DNA of 64,000 nucleotides from a virus (lineage: Duplodnaviria; Caudoviricetes): positions 32,001 to 96,000 of IMG/VR virus record IMGVR_UViG_3300031998_000024. One strand, 5' to 3'. The first letter of the stretch is position 1; every line of letters begins with the position of its first letter. Position numbers and translations under genes: made by a program. This document shows, in pieces, positions 19,783 to 29,366 of the stretch. The notes beneath the pieces are model-generated. The model worked only from the letters and a program-made list of their open reading frames with translations. It made no database searches and was not told where the DNA came from.

Positions 19783-20913
19783 ATGGCTACTACAAAAATG
19801 TTTGCAAATTGGTCGTTTTTTAATCAGTTACCTGACGACAGTATTGATGTTCATGAAGAAAACAAACGCTTATTCTTTTGGCTAATGCATGAAAGAATGT
19901 GTATTTGGAAGCGGAGGTTTGTTGATAAACAAGAAAGACCTTGGACAAAAAATGAGATTTTGAGAGATTATAAATTCACTAATATTTATCGTGAATTAGA
20001 TAGAAATAGTCAATGGCAAATTAAAAACATTTTGCTTGATGATTCTCTTAGTTTAAGAAATCTGATTTGGAAGTTGATGGTTTTCCGTTTCTTTAATAGT
20101 CCTGAAACATTTACATTTGAACCTAAAAACGCTAATGGTATTCAAGGTGATTTGTTTGGAGAGCCTGTGAAAAGCGGATTGAAGCAAGTTCAGAATCCCA
20201 ATGAATTGATTTCTGCTAAGCGTTGGAAAAATGGAATACCTGATTATGATGAATACGATGAAGATGAATTTAGCCGCTTTATTGCAGGCATACGGAGCAC
20301 TGGTCAGAATCCTTATACCACCGCTTATTTAATTAACAGTCAAGCAACCCCAGGACAACCACGAGATTATTGCTACACGCGTGTAGTTATTCCTGAATTA
20401 CATCGTCGCCTTCCTGATTTAATTAAGACTGTGTTAAAAGCGGAAAATCCTGAAGATATTATTTCATTCTTGACTAAGATGCCCGCTGTTGCAGATTTTA
20501 TTGCACATGAATTTTATCAAGATTTTACATATATTCCGCGTTACACGAATAGGAAATTTATGAAATTTGACCAAAACGATTATACTAATGTTGGTCCAGG
20601 TGCGAGCGTTGGAATAAGATTGATTTATCCTTCATTACCAAATATAAAGGAACAAAAGAAGGGCATATATTGGTTACGCGATGAAGCTGAAAAGCAGTTA
20701 AGTGATATTGCTAAGGAAAAGGGTGAACCGATGTATTATCTTGATTGGGATAAGAATAAGCGTGAGTATGTATTTTCCGATTATTGTAACATTACTCTTC
20801 ATCAGATTGAAATGTGGTTATGTGAGTTCCAAAAATATTGGAAGATGACTATAAAAACAGGAAAACAGCGTTCCAAGTTTGAGCCTAAGACAAAAAGTTT
20901 GATTGTTAATTAA
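19783..20913 (+). CDS. aGPT-Pplase1 / 5-hmdU DNA kinase helical-domain family DNA modification enzyme
   Basis: ER..IW..R...PWT.NEIL..YKFTNIYRELDR, FRFFN, NVGPGA..G, IEMWLCEFQKY motifs. Confidence 0.85.
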   Translation: MATTKMFANWSFFNQLPDDSIDVHEENKRLFFWLMHERMCIWKRRFVDKQERPWTKNEILRDYKFTNIYRELDRNSQWQIKNILLDDSLSLRNLIWKLMVFRFFNSPETFTFEPKNANGIQGDLFGEPVKSGLKQVQNPNELISAKRWKNGIPDYDEYDEDEFSRFIAGIRSTGQNPYTTAYLINSQATPGQPRDYCYTRVVIPELHRRLPDLIKTVLKAENPEDIISFLTKMPAVADFIAHEFYQDFTYIPRYTNRKFMKFDQNDYTNVGPGASVGIRLIYPSLPNIKEQKKGIYWLRDEAEKQLSDIAKEKGEPMYYLDWDKNKREYVFSDYCNITLHQIEMWLCEFQKYWKMTIKTGKQRSKFEPKTKSLIVN

Positions 20914-20921
20914 GGTTTGAA

Positions 20922-21263
20922 ATGATAAGTAAGAAATTAAGTGAATTGCCTGAGCAATTAGAATTTGATTACAACTTAGTAAGCATAGAACTTGATACAT
21001 CACCAAATCGGTTAAGATACATATCATCAGCCGATTTGGATGATGCTGTTAGAAAAGATGCTTTTGATTTATTTTATAATAATCTGCGTCAAAATAATGC
21101 TGTTGTAGTTAGTTTTGATAATAATGCTGACATGTATGAATACGGCGATGACGCTTTGGTTATTGTATTGTTTGAGAATGAATCAACTCGTTTTATCATA
21201 TTCGATATTCAAGATGCTAAGAAAATTGAAAACGCTATCTTTTATGCAAAAGAGGAATGTTAG
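20922..21263 (+). CDS. hypothetical protein
   Basis: ORF only. Confidence 0.5.
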   Translation: MISKKLSELPEQLEFDYNLVSIELDTSPNRLRYISSADLDDAVRKDAFDLFYNNLRQNNAVVVSFDNNADMYEYGDDALVIVLFENESTRFIIFDIQDAKKIENAIFYAKEEC

Positions 21264-21313
21264 CAATTATTAAAGAGTAGTAGTAAGAAGTTTAACAAAT
21301 AAATCTATTCATT

Positions 21314-22018
21314 ATGAAAGTTTTTGCAATTCAAATTACATTAAACGGAAATCCTGAAAGTATCTTCATAAAAACCAATGCTGATGCGTCTAAGGTAAAG
21401 AATTTTACAATTATTGATGTAATTAAACCTAACGGAATTGGTGATTTGCCGATACGCGCTGGTTTGGTAATGAATTACTCAGAGTTGCTTGATAAAATCG
21501 CTTTGAGTGATGCTATGGGATTGATTTCTGTTTCTGCCGTTAAGGTTCAAGACGGTGACGATACCGATGTTATTACAAGTGAACTACCTACTATTAAAAC
21601 AGTTACTGTTTCTGTTAGCAATACTGGGGCGATTCTGAAAATAAACGGAAAACGGGTTGTTGGATTGACTTGGGTCGGTTATTTACACGCTGGTGAATCT
21701 GTGACTTATGAGGCTTCAAAGAACGGTTATGTTACACAATCAGACACTTTGACTGTTAGTTCGTCTAACATTACAGAAAGTATTACTTTGGTAGAGTTGA
21801 AACATGTTAGCATTTCTGTTACTAATGAAGGTGCTACTTTGAAAATTGATAATGTAGCGCAAAGCGGTTTAAGTTGGGAGGGTGATGTAGCGGTTGGTGA
21901 TTCTGTTGATTATGAAGCATCACTTGAAGGTTATACGACGCAATCGGGTACTGTGAGCGTTACGGATGCTGCAACTGTTTCAGACCTAACTGTTGAAATA
22001 AAATTAGTTTCTGCGTAA
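21314..22018 (+). CDS. surface/decoration protein with two PEGA/Ig-like repeats
   Basis: Tandem repeats GAILKING...YEASKNGYVTQS and GATLKIDN...YEASLEGYTTQS. Confidence 0.6.
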   Translation: MKVFAIQITLNGNPESIFIKTNADASKVKNFTIIDVIKPNGIGDLPIRAGLVMNYSELLDKIALSDAMGLISVSAVKVQDGDDTDVITSELPTIKTVTVSVSNTGAILKINGKRVVGLTWVGYLHAGESVTYEASKNGYVTQSDTLTVSSSNITESITLVELKHVSISVTNEGATLKIDNVAQSGLSWEGDVAVGDSVDYEASLEGYTTQSGTVSVTDAATVSDLTVEIKLVSA

Positions 22019-22053
22019 ACATACCTTTGTTTGAGAATATTTTTCATTTGATT

Positions 22054-22084
22054 TCGGCAGGGCATTCGTGTTCTGCCGATTTTT
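22054..22084 (+). terminator. intrinsic terminator
   Basis: TCGGCAGGGCA-TTCG-TGTTCTGCCGA plus T-run. Confidence 0.85.
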
Positions 22085-22146
22085 ATTTTTAATAAACAAG
22101 TGTTTCAGATATAAATTGAAAAAGTATAAATAAATAGAATTGTAAA

Positions 22147-23916
22147 ATGCCAAGTTACGCAGACCAATTGAAAGCAGTAGATATGGCTGAGCAGAAACTC
22201 ATGGCTAAGAGATTCCGACTGATAGAAAAAGCAGCTAAATCAGATAATCCAACGGATATGATTATGGCTGCTCAAGTTGTCGATAGGATTCAGAAAAAGT
22301 CGAGTAATGAAGCAAAGGCTTATTTGATAGACCCGTTGCAATTTAGTGCTAATTTAGGGTATAAGGATAAAATCTTTTCACTTACATACACCACTCTCAG
22401 GAGAATGGCGAAAACGCCAATCATAAATTCTATTATCAAAACCCGTAAGAATCAGATAGCAGACTTTGCAGAGCCTCAGGCTGATAGATACAATACAGGT
22501 TTTGTTATCAGAAAGAAACCGATAGGAGGTGTTGAACAAAAGATGGATAATAAGGATAGAAAAATTGCTAATGCTATTACGGATTTTATTCTTAATTGCG
22601 GAGGCAGTAATTCTTGGACGAGTGATGATTTTGATTCCTTTATAAGAAAGATTGTTGAAGATTCCTTAACATTTGACCAAATGACATTTGAATGTATAAG
22701 GAATAGAAGGGGTAAACTTGAATATTTTTTAGCAACCGATGCTTCAACATTCCGAATTGCTGAAAGTGCTTTTAGGTCTGATTATGATAATGATTTCTTT
22801 CATAGACTTGGTTCAGGAGTTTACGCTGATGAAAATTTGAATAACTTGAATAAAAAGATAAATGGTTATTATCCTCAATATGTTCAGGTTTATCAAAACG
22901 CGGTTGTTAATGAATTCTATCCTTGGGAATTATGTTTTGGTGTTAGAAATCCATCAACTTGGATAAACGCTAATGGTTACGGATGTAGTGAGTTAGAAGA
23001 TTTGATTAATGTAATTACATCATTACTTTGGGGTGATGAATACAATCGTAGATTCTTCAGTCAAGGTTCAGCACCGAAGGGATTGTTAAGGATTAAGGGA
23101 GGTATGAATGAAAAGGCTATGCAACAATTTAAGCAACAGTGGCAAGCCATGATTTCAGGTGTTATGCAATCTTGGAAAACTCCAGTAGTAGAAGCGGATG
23201 TTGATTGGATAGATTTGCAAAAGAATAACCGCGATATGGAGTACAACTCCTGGATGGAGTATTTGATAAAACTTGCTTGTGCTATCTATTCAATTGACCC
23301 CACGGAAATAGGTTGGGACATTTCACGCTCAGCTGGAAATTCAGGACTTTATGAAGCATCTCAAGCAGAGCGTTTACAACATTCAAAAGACAAGGGGTTG
23401 TATCCTATTTTGAAATTTATCCAAAGAAAACTTAATAAGTATATCGTTGAACAAATCAATCCTGAATATGAATTTGTGTTTATGGGTTTGAATGGTATGA
23501 CGATTGAAAAAGAGTTGGATATGGATATTAAGAAAATCGGTTCATTTGCTACTGTGAATGAAATCCGTGAAAAGTGGGATATGAAGAAGATTGATGATAT
23601 TGGAGATATTATTGAAAATTCAGTTTATTTCCAAGCATATAATCAAAAGAAACAAGCGGAAATGCAACAGCAACAGCAGCAAGGAGGCTTTGGAGGAGGT
23701 TTTGAGGATTACGAAAATGAGGGTGGTGAAGAAGATGATAATTGGAATCCGTTTGAAGATTACGAAAGCAATGACGAGGGTGGTGGAAACGAGAGTGAGG
23801 AACAGCCTTCAGAAGAAAACGAAGAGGGTAATACAGAAAATGAAGAAAAAGCCGTTAGCAATGTTTTCGTAAAGGCTTTTGAAAATTACTTAGAACAAGA
23901 AATAAATAAAGGGTAA
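22147..23916 (+). CDS. portal protein (SPO1/Twort-like)
   Basis: IIKTRKNQI, FIRKIVEDSLTFDQ, YGCSELE, YNRRFFSQGSAPKGLL, DMEY..WMEYLIK...IDPTEIG, SKDKGLYP. Confidence 0.9.
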   Translation: MPSYADQLKAVDMAEQKLMAKRFRLIEKAAKSDNPTDMIMAAQVVDRIQKKSSNEAKAYLIDPLQFSANLGYKDKIFSLTYTTLRRMAKTPIINSIIKTRKNQIADFAEPQADRYNTGFVIRKKPIGGVEQKMDNKDRKIANAITDFILNCGGSNSWTSDDFDSFIRKIVEDSLTFDQMTFECIRNRRGKLEYFLATDASTFRIAESAFRSDYDNDFFHRLGSGVYADENLNNLNKKINGYYPQYVQVYQNAVVNEFYPWELCFGVRNPSTWINANGYGCSELEDLINVITSLLWGDEYNRRFFSQGSAPKGLLRIKGGMNEKAMQQFKQQWQAMISGVMQSWKTPVVEADVDWIDLQKNNRDMEYNSWMEYLIKLACAIYSIDPTEIGWDISRSAGNSGLYEASQAERLQHSKDKGLYPILKFIQRKLNKYIVEQINPEYEFVFMGLNGMTIEKELDMDIKKIGSFATVNEIREKWDMKKIDDIGDIIENSVYFQAYNQKKQAEMQQQQQQGGFGGGFEDYENEGGEEDDNWNPFEDYESNDEGGGNESEEQPSEENEEGNTENEEKAVSNVFVKAFENYLEQEINKG

Positions 23917-23921
23917 AAATT

Positions 23922-25829
23922 ATGCCATTAGGAGAAACTACTAACATAGGACAAATTGCTGCATTATGGATAGCGGCAACTGCTCCTACTAATACAAAAT
24001 TGATTTGGTATGATACGGCGCAAAATATACATCGTATCTATGAAACAACGACTGGTAACTGGATTGCTCTGAATCCTCAGGCTGTTACTAATAGTACCAT
24101 TTCTGCTTTGACTGTTATTGCTCAAGGCACTGGTATTGCAATAGGTAAGTTTTTCTATCTTACTGATGTTGGTACATTAGCGATTGCTTTAACATCTACT
24201 AAGATTTGGTATGTAGATACTCATAGTAATTATATAGTCAACGATTTGGCTGCCGCTATTCAGTATTACATAAATTCCACTAATCTTTATATTGATGGTA
24301 ATGCTGGCGTTTGGAATACATCAACTGGTAGGCTTGAATTTACCTTTACAGAAGAAAATTCATTAAACCAAACAAATGATTATGTTGTTATTAGACGAAA
24401 GAATGGAAGCGTTTGGAGTTGGGTGAAATCAAAGATTTCTAATTTTATTTCAACAGTTGCTAATAATAGCATAATTTGGAATAATGGAATTTATTTTAGT
24501 TTCAGCGCAAACATAAATAGTATCTTGAATCAATCGGGTGGAATTGTGGGTTATGACCAATATCTAACTGATATTCAACTTTTGGTTCAAGATATAAATA
24601 ATGTTGCGTTAGATAACCAAAACTATTTGCAACAAGCCAAGACATATACCGATTCTAAGACTACCGCTGCTGAAATATATGGTAAGGGATTACCTGCTGC
24701 TATTACGCCATCAGCCGTTACTCAGACAGCGCCAGTTGTTGGTTGGAGCATTAATCGTATTCTTCAAGATATTTACGGATGGTTTGGAAATCTGAAGTAT
24801 GCTAATAACATCAATGTTGGTATAAATTTCAATCCAGCTGGTAGTGATGGCAATGTTGACGCTACAGATAGCGTAATGCTTGCTATTCAAAAGTTGGTTA
24901 AGAAGGTCGCTAATTTATACGTTGCTTGTTCAACGGCTGCTCTAAGGTTATCCGCAGGATGGGCTCCATATTCATATTGGGGTACTGTTCCCGATGTTGC
25001 TGCTAATGATACAGTTGATACTGCATTTTCCAAATTAGTTGGAAGAATGAATCAACTTGGTATAATAACTAATGGTGTATTAAAGTCAAGAGAAATACAA
25101 CAAAGTCAATATAATACGCTTTTTGAAATAGAGGCTGGTAGATTAGAAATTGGTGAGGTTGATGACCAAGAAACAGTTAGAGTTTCTTTAAGTAATGACG
25201 GTATTCAAATGGAAGACCATTTTTTAGAACAAGATGATTTAATAATAAAACCAAGAAAAATATCTCAATATAATCATCAAATTGATAATTATTCTCAATA
25301 TTATGATGCTGATTATTTCTTTGGCGCAGAATTTCTTGTAAATGGTGTTGATACAAGTCATTGGAGTCAATCTTCATTTGGAGCGGCATTAGTCGGTATG
25401 ATTACTATTGGAGGATATAGAAAATTATACGGATTATATTCAAATAAAGCGTTATTAAGAAGTTTGCATTTTAAGCAAGCTACATTTACATTTTCAGATA
25501 CAAGTCGTTATTTGTATATGAGTGAAAGTCAATCGTTTGTAAGAGTTGTATCGAGTTATGGATATAGTGGAGTTGCTTATTTGTATTTACCGCCAGTTTC
25601 TGATTCTGATTTTGAAATGGTTTTCTTTGTTTCAGTAGAAGCAAATGGATTAGGATTATATATTCAAGCATCAAGCGGTGCTGAAATAGAAATAGGTAAT
25701 GGTTCAACAGCAGCGTCAATTCAAGGTACTGAAGGTGATTTGTTTATGTTTATATTCAGACCTGGATTCTTTTTCCGTGGATTGCAATATAATGAAGGCA
25801 CCTGGAGTTGTAAATTAATAAATCATTAA
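23922..25829 (+). CDS. tail fibre / receptor-binding-like virion protein
   Basis: APTNTKLIWYDT N-terminus; internal DSVMLAIQKL / DTVDTAFSKL repeats; beta-rich C-terminus. Confidence 0.55.
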   Translation: MPLGETTNIGQIAALWIAATAPTNTKLIWYDTAQNIHRIYETTTGNWIALNPQAVTNSTISALTVIAQGTGIAIGKFFYLTDVGTLAIALTSTKIWYVDTHSNYIVNDLAAAIQYYINSTNLYIDGNAGVWNTSTGRLEFTFTEENSLNQTNDYVVIRRKNGSVWSWVKSKISNFISTVANNSIIWNNGIYFSFSANINSILNQSGGIVGYDQYLTDIQLLVQDINNVALDNQNYLQQAKTYTDSKTTAAEIYGKGLPAAITPSAVTQTAPVVGWSINRILQDIYGWFGNLKYANNINVGINFNPAGSDGNVDATDSVMLAIQKLVKKVANLYVACSTAALRLSAGWAPYSYWGTVPDVAANDTVDTAFSKLVGRMNQLGIITNGVLKSREIQQSQYNTLFEIEAGRLEIGEVDDQETVRVSLSNDGIQMEDHFLEQDDLIIKPRKISQYNHQIDNYSQYYDADYFFGAEFLVNGVDTSHWSQSSFGAALVGMITIGGYRKLYGLYSNKALLRSLHFKQATFTFSDTSRYLYMSESQSFVRVVSSYGYSGVAYLYLPPVSDSDFEMVFFVSVEANGLGLYIQASSGAEIEIGNGSTAASIQGTEGDLFMFIFRPGFFFRGLQYNEGTWSCKLINH

Positions 25830-25841
25830 ATAATTAGAGTT

Positions 25842-26378
25842 ATGAAAGGAAAAATTCAAAACAACGGTATGATTCCGATTGATTATGAATCGGAATTAAA
25901 AGCATTGAATAAACATTACGCTTCAGAAAAACAACAAAATGGAGTTACTGATGATATCATTAATGTAATTCTTTTGAAGGATACAAAAGATTATACCGAT
26001 GAAGAAGTTGTAAAGGTAGCGCGTAGGAAAATCATTGATGATAAGTATAAATCTAAGAAGGCTGAACTTGATTCATTCAAAGAAATTGTTGAAATACCAT
26101 TTGATGGAGAAATTCCTACTGGTTATACATTGGTTGGTAAGTTCAGAGAAAACGGCGATGTGATTGAAAACTACTATGAGTTGGAAAAAGATTTGTTTGG
26201 TATAAATAAAAATATCAAACAGATTGAAAAAGAATTATCTGATGGTGATTATCGTATCATTAAGACCTATGAAGCGAGATTGATGAATCAACCTGACCCG
26301 TATGAAGACATGGAGTTATTCATACAACATCGTAACGAATTGAGACAACAACATGAATATTGGTCAAACATACTTTAA
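25842..26378 (+). CDS. tail fibre-associated (chaperone-like) protein
   Basis: C-terminal ELSDGDYRIIK.YEA...R.ELRQQ motif common downstream of fibre genes. Confidence 0.5.
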   Translation: MKGKIQNNGMIPIDYESELKALNKHYASEKQQNGVTDDIINVILLKDTKDYTDEEVVKVARRKIIDDKYKSKKAELDSFKEIVEIPFDGEIPTGYTLVGKFRENGDVIENYYELEKDLFGINKNIKQIEKELSDGDYRIIKTYEARLMNQPDPYEDMELFIQHRNELRQQHEYWSNIL

Positions 26379-26387
26379 TGAAGGGGT

Positions 26388-26969
26388 TTGATTATGTGTA
26401 AAATTGTATATTTAACAACACGATGTTTTGATGTCGCTGCTAAAAAATTTCGTGAAGCGTTAAAGGATGAGTTGCATAAAAGAGGTGTTGAGGTTGTAAC
26501 TAAATCAAGTTGCTGTCTAAAACAACGATTTTCAAAACATAATACATATGGAATAGCAATTGCGATAGATTTCTTCAGAGATAAAGGAGGCGATGGTTGC
26601 GGATTGACACTTAATCGCAAATGTTCGTTTATTAGTCGTGATTTCGCTTATAATCTCAGTAATGCATTAGATTTACTTACACCTCAGATTCGTTGGCGTG
26701 ATTTCAAATTTGTTGAATCGGATGATAAAGAGTGGTTTAGGTTTTTCAATAAAGTTAGCGCATCAACAAAAACAATAATCTATCTTTGTACCAAAAATAA
26801 TGATTCAGATTGGGAAAGTTATCAATTGGTTTTTGATAAGATAGTTTCTTCATTTACTGATGAAATTATCCGATGTTTGAGAAGCAATTACGATTATAAC
26901 AAGTATCAACAGAGTAGTAAATTAGCTAAATTAAGCGCAAGACGAAGAAATGGAAACAATGAACAGTGA
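26388..26969 (+). CDS. Amidase_3-fold protein lacking catalytic residues
   Basis: Motif pattern matches N-acetylmuramoyl-L-alanine amidase, but Zn ligands and catalytic Glu appear substituted; probable ATG at 26394. Confidence 0.45.
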   Translation: MIMCKIVYLTTRCFDVAAKKFREALKDELHKRGVEVVTKSSCCLKQRFSKHNTYGIAIAIDFFRDKGGDGCGLTLNRKCSFISRDFAYNLSNALDLLTPQIRWRDFKFVESDDKEWFRFFNKVSASTKTIIYLCTKNNDSDWESYQLVFDKIVSSFTDEIIRCLRSNYDYNKYQQSSKLAKLSARRRNGNNEQ

Positions 26970-27450
26970 GTTAATTACAATAATAAGCAGTTTATTTGGC
27001 GTTGGCGGTATAATCTATGGAGTGGTTATGCACTTTGTAGAAAAAAAGAAATATGATGTTGAAGTAAAAGAGAAACAAGCCGATGTAGATGTAAAAACCG
27101 ATGAATTTTGGAAAAATCGTTACGATGTTCTGAATAACGAAATGAAAAGTAAGGATGATTGGTGGAATGAACGATACAATAATCTTTACAATGAAATGCA
27201 ACAAGAACGGAAATTGTCAAACGAGATAGTTTCCAGTTTCCGCAGTGAGTTAAATCAGATTCGTGAAGATTACGAAAGACAGCGTGAAATTGATAAAAAG
27301 AAATACGGAGAATTACTTGACCAATATAACAAATTCAAGGATGAAAGTGCTAAACAGAATAGTGAAAGCATGAAGCGTATAAATCAACTTGAAAACTTGG
27401 TTAGTGAATACGAAAGAAAATTGAAAATAAAGCCAATAGAAAATGAATAA
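26950..27450 (+). CDS. holin-like membrane protein (one TM + coiled coil)
   Basis: LITIISSLFGVGGIIYGVVMHF TM segment, then long coiled coil. Confidence 0.5.
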   Translation: METMNSELITIISSLFGVGGIIYGVVMHFVEKKKYDVEVKEKQADVDVKTDEFWKNRYDVLNNEMKSKDDWWNERYNNLYNEMQQERKLSNEIVSSFRSELNQIREDYERQREIDKKKYGELLDQYNKFKDESAKQNSESMKRINQLENLVSEYERKLKIKPIENE

Positions 27451-28021
27451 AAAGATAACCATATCATTAGCAACCGTAGTAGCATTAGCAATTAGTATGC
27501 TTGTAGGCATTCTTATTGGTAAGGGTTGTGCTGATGTTGTAGAGGTTGAAAAAGAGGTTATAAAAACCGAATGGAAAGAGGCAGAGCCTATTCATGATAC
27601 CATATACGAGCCTAAGCCAGTTACAGTTCATGAAACAGATACTTTCAAACTCATTGTTGAAAAAGAAATCGCTGTGGATACTTCAAAGATTCTTTCAGAC
27701 TATTATCTTATTCGTCAGTATGATTTGAATTTTGGTAATGATACTGTTGGAAAATTCAAAGTTAATTTAGATGTTACACGCAACAGAATTACTAATGTAA
27801 CATCTGAAATTAGACCAATAGTAAAAGTTATTGAAAAAGAGAGGCAAATTGTAAGTATTCCAGCTGTTCAATTTTATGGTATGGTTGGTACATCCGTTGA
27901 TTTGAAGACTAATAAGATTCAATTAGGCGTAGATTTGTATCAAAAATATTTAATAGGAATCAGTGGTTTAAGAATGGATGATAAGTTTGGTTACACAATC
28001 GATGTTGGAATAAAATTTTGA
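27443..28021 (+). CDS. membrane-anchored lysis (spanin-like) protein
   Basis: N-terminal TM; HDTIY/TDT repeats; C-terminal beta strands ending in F; lysis-cassette context. Confidence 0.45.
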   Translation: MNKKITISLATVVALAISMLVGILIGKGCADVVEVEKEVIKTEWKEAEPIHDTIYEPKPVTVHETDTFKLIVEKEIAVDTSKILSDYYLIRQYDLNFGNDTVGKFKVNLDVTRNRITNVTSEIRPIVKVIEKERQIVSIPAVQFYGMVGTSVDLKTNKIQLGVDLYQKYLIGISGLRMDDKFGYTIDVGIKF

Positions 28022-28022
28022 T

Positions 28023-28199
28023 ATGGCTAAACATAATCATGATAAGGATTCTCATTTCATACCAAGTCCGCATAAAGTTGTTACTGGGTATGAAAATGCT
28101 TTTATCAGCGATTGGAATAATACACTTTCAGCCGCTGTTGGCGATGTTTTGAAATATATAGCAAAAGTTACATCTGAAAATATTAAACAAAATGGATGA
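28023..28199 (+). CDS. 58-aa hypothetical protein not in ORF track
   Basis: MAKHNHDKDSHFIPSPHK...ENIKQNG; fills the gap and overlaps the next start. Confidence 0.6.
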   Translation: MAKHNHDKDSHFIPSPHKVVTGYENAFISDWNNTLSAAVGDVLKYIAKVTSENIKQNG

Positions 28200-29355
28200 C
28201 ATTATTAGACAAATACCTATCAGCGATAAAGAGGAGGCTGAATGCATATTAAAGGCAATTGATACCGATATAATGTTTGATGAGTTAATTAAGGCTCATA
28301 ATGTCGGTGATTTATTTTTCCAAAACGGAAAGACCTATGTTTGGACTGAATACGCTCCAGGAAAATTTGATTGGCATGTTTTGAAAAACAATAGAGTTGT
28401 TCGTGGTAGCGGTATCAATGGTCTTCATGGTAAAAAGGCTTTGGAAAAGGCTTTTTCCGATATTGATAAGGGATTTACCGATAAAAGTAAAATGCTGTTG
28501 CGTCGCACTCCTAATAGGCATTGGCGTCTGTTTTACGATGGTGATGATATAGGTATGACGATAGATGGAAGCAGTATAACCGAATCTGAATTGCGTGAAG
28601 CTGATGTTGTTTATCAAGATAAGAAGGTTGTTGATAATTTCGATTCTTTGAAAGATTACATGGAATTTTCAAGTTCTGATGATGTTTATTTCGTTCAGAT
28701 AATTAAGCGTTGGAAAGATAATAAGGATAAACCAGATGCTGATAAATGGAAGGCAGAGGGAAGACAGAAGGGTTCATATCATTCGGGTGCTGAATATTTG
28801 AATTATTGGCTGATACATTCCACTGATGAATTAGAATCTTTGAAAGACGATATTATGAAGGTTTGCGGATACAACAATGCAAGAGCCTACATAACTATCA
28901 ATAGCAGAAAACAGAGTCAAGTAAATCAATACATTGGTCAATTTAAGAGCCGCTTTTCAGACCCGAATGACCCAAGAGTTAAGAATGCTGAAGCGATACT
29001 TTATGGTATGCCTAAGACTGGACCAAATTGGCGCAATGAGCGTTTAAGAGTTTTGCTTGATATAGATACAACGAGTGATAAGATTGTAAACATTAATGGT
29101 AAAACCGTCAATGTTTGGGATGAAACAGAAAGACGATTGAAAGCATTAGGAATTAAGGTGGCTGCTCGTTACGAAACACCTTCAGGTGGTTTACATCTTA
29201 TTCTTAATAATAAGAATAATCGCAACCTTCGTGATTTTTACAGAGGTTTGTCTGATTTTGACGGAGGTAGAAATTTAGGTGTTACCGCTACAGTTCATCC
29301 ATCTGATGATACAAAGATGATTCTTTATTCTAATGTTGATACAGCAGGATATTAA
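28192..29355 (+). CDS. tagged putative head protein with AEP/Prim-Pol-like domain
   Basis: RVLLDID (DxD) and ETPSGGLHLI motifs; N-terminal KAHNVGD...WTEY.PGKFDW tag. Confidence 0.6.
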   Translation: MDDIIRQIPISDKEEAECILKAIDTDIMFDELIKAHNVGDLFFQNGKTYVWTEYAPGKFDWHVLKNNRVVRGSGINGLHGKKALEKAFSDIDKGFTDKSKMLLRRTPNRHWRLFYDGDDIGMTIDGSSITESELREADVVYQDKKVVDNFDSLKDYMEFSSSDDVYFVQIIKRWKDNKDKPDADKWKAEGRQKGSYHSGAEYLNYWLIHSTDELESLKDDIMKVCGYNNARAYITINSRKQSQVNQYIGQFKSRFSDPNDPRVKNAEAILYGMPKTGPNWRNERLRVLLDIDTTSDKIVNINGKTVNVWDETERRLKALGIKVAARYETPSGGLHLILNNKNNRNLRDFYRGLSDFDGGRNLGVTATVHPSDDTKMILYSNVDTAGY

Positions 29356-29366
29356 GATAGTTTGAC

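Noticed and set aside
22816-22833. GVYADE in the portal resembling the GVYADTPEN tag
   Set aside because: Only five residues match and the rest of the tag is absent; likely chance.
23662-23850. Poly-Gln and acidic run in the portal tail as a repeat element
   Set aside because: Ordinary low-complexity disordered tail common in portals.
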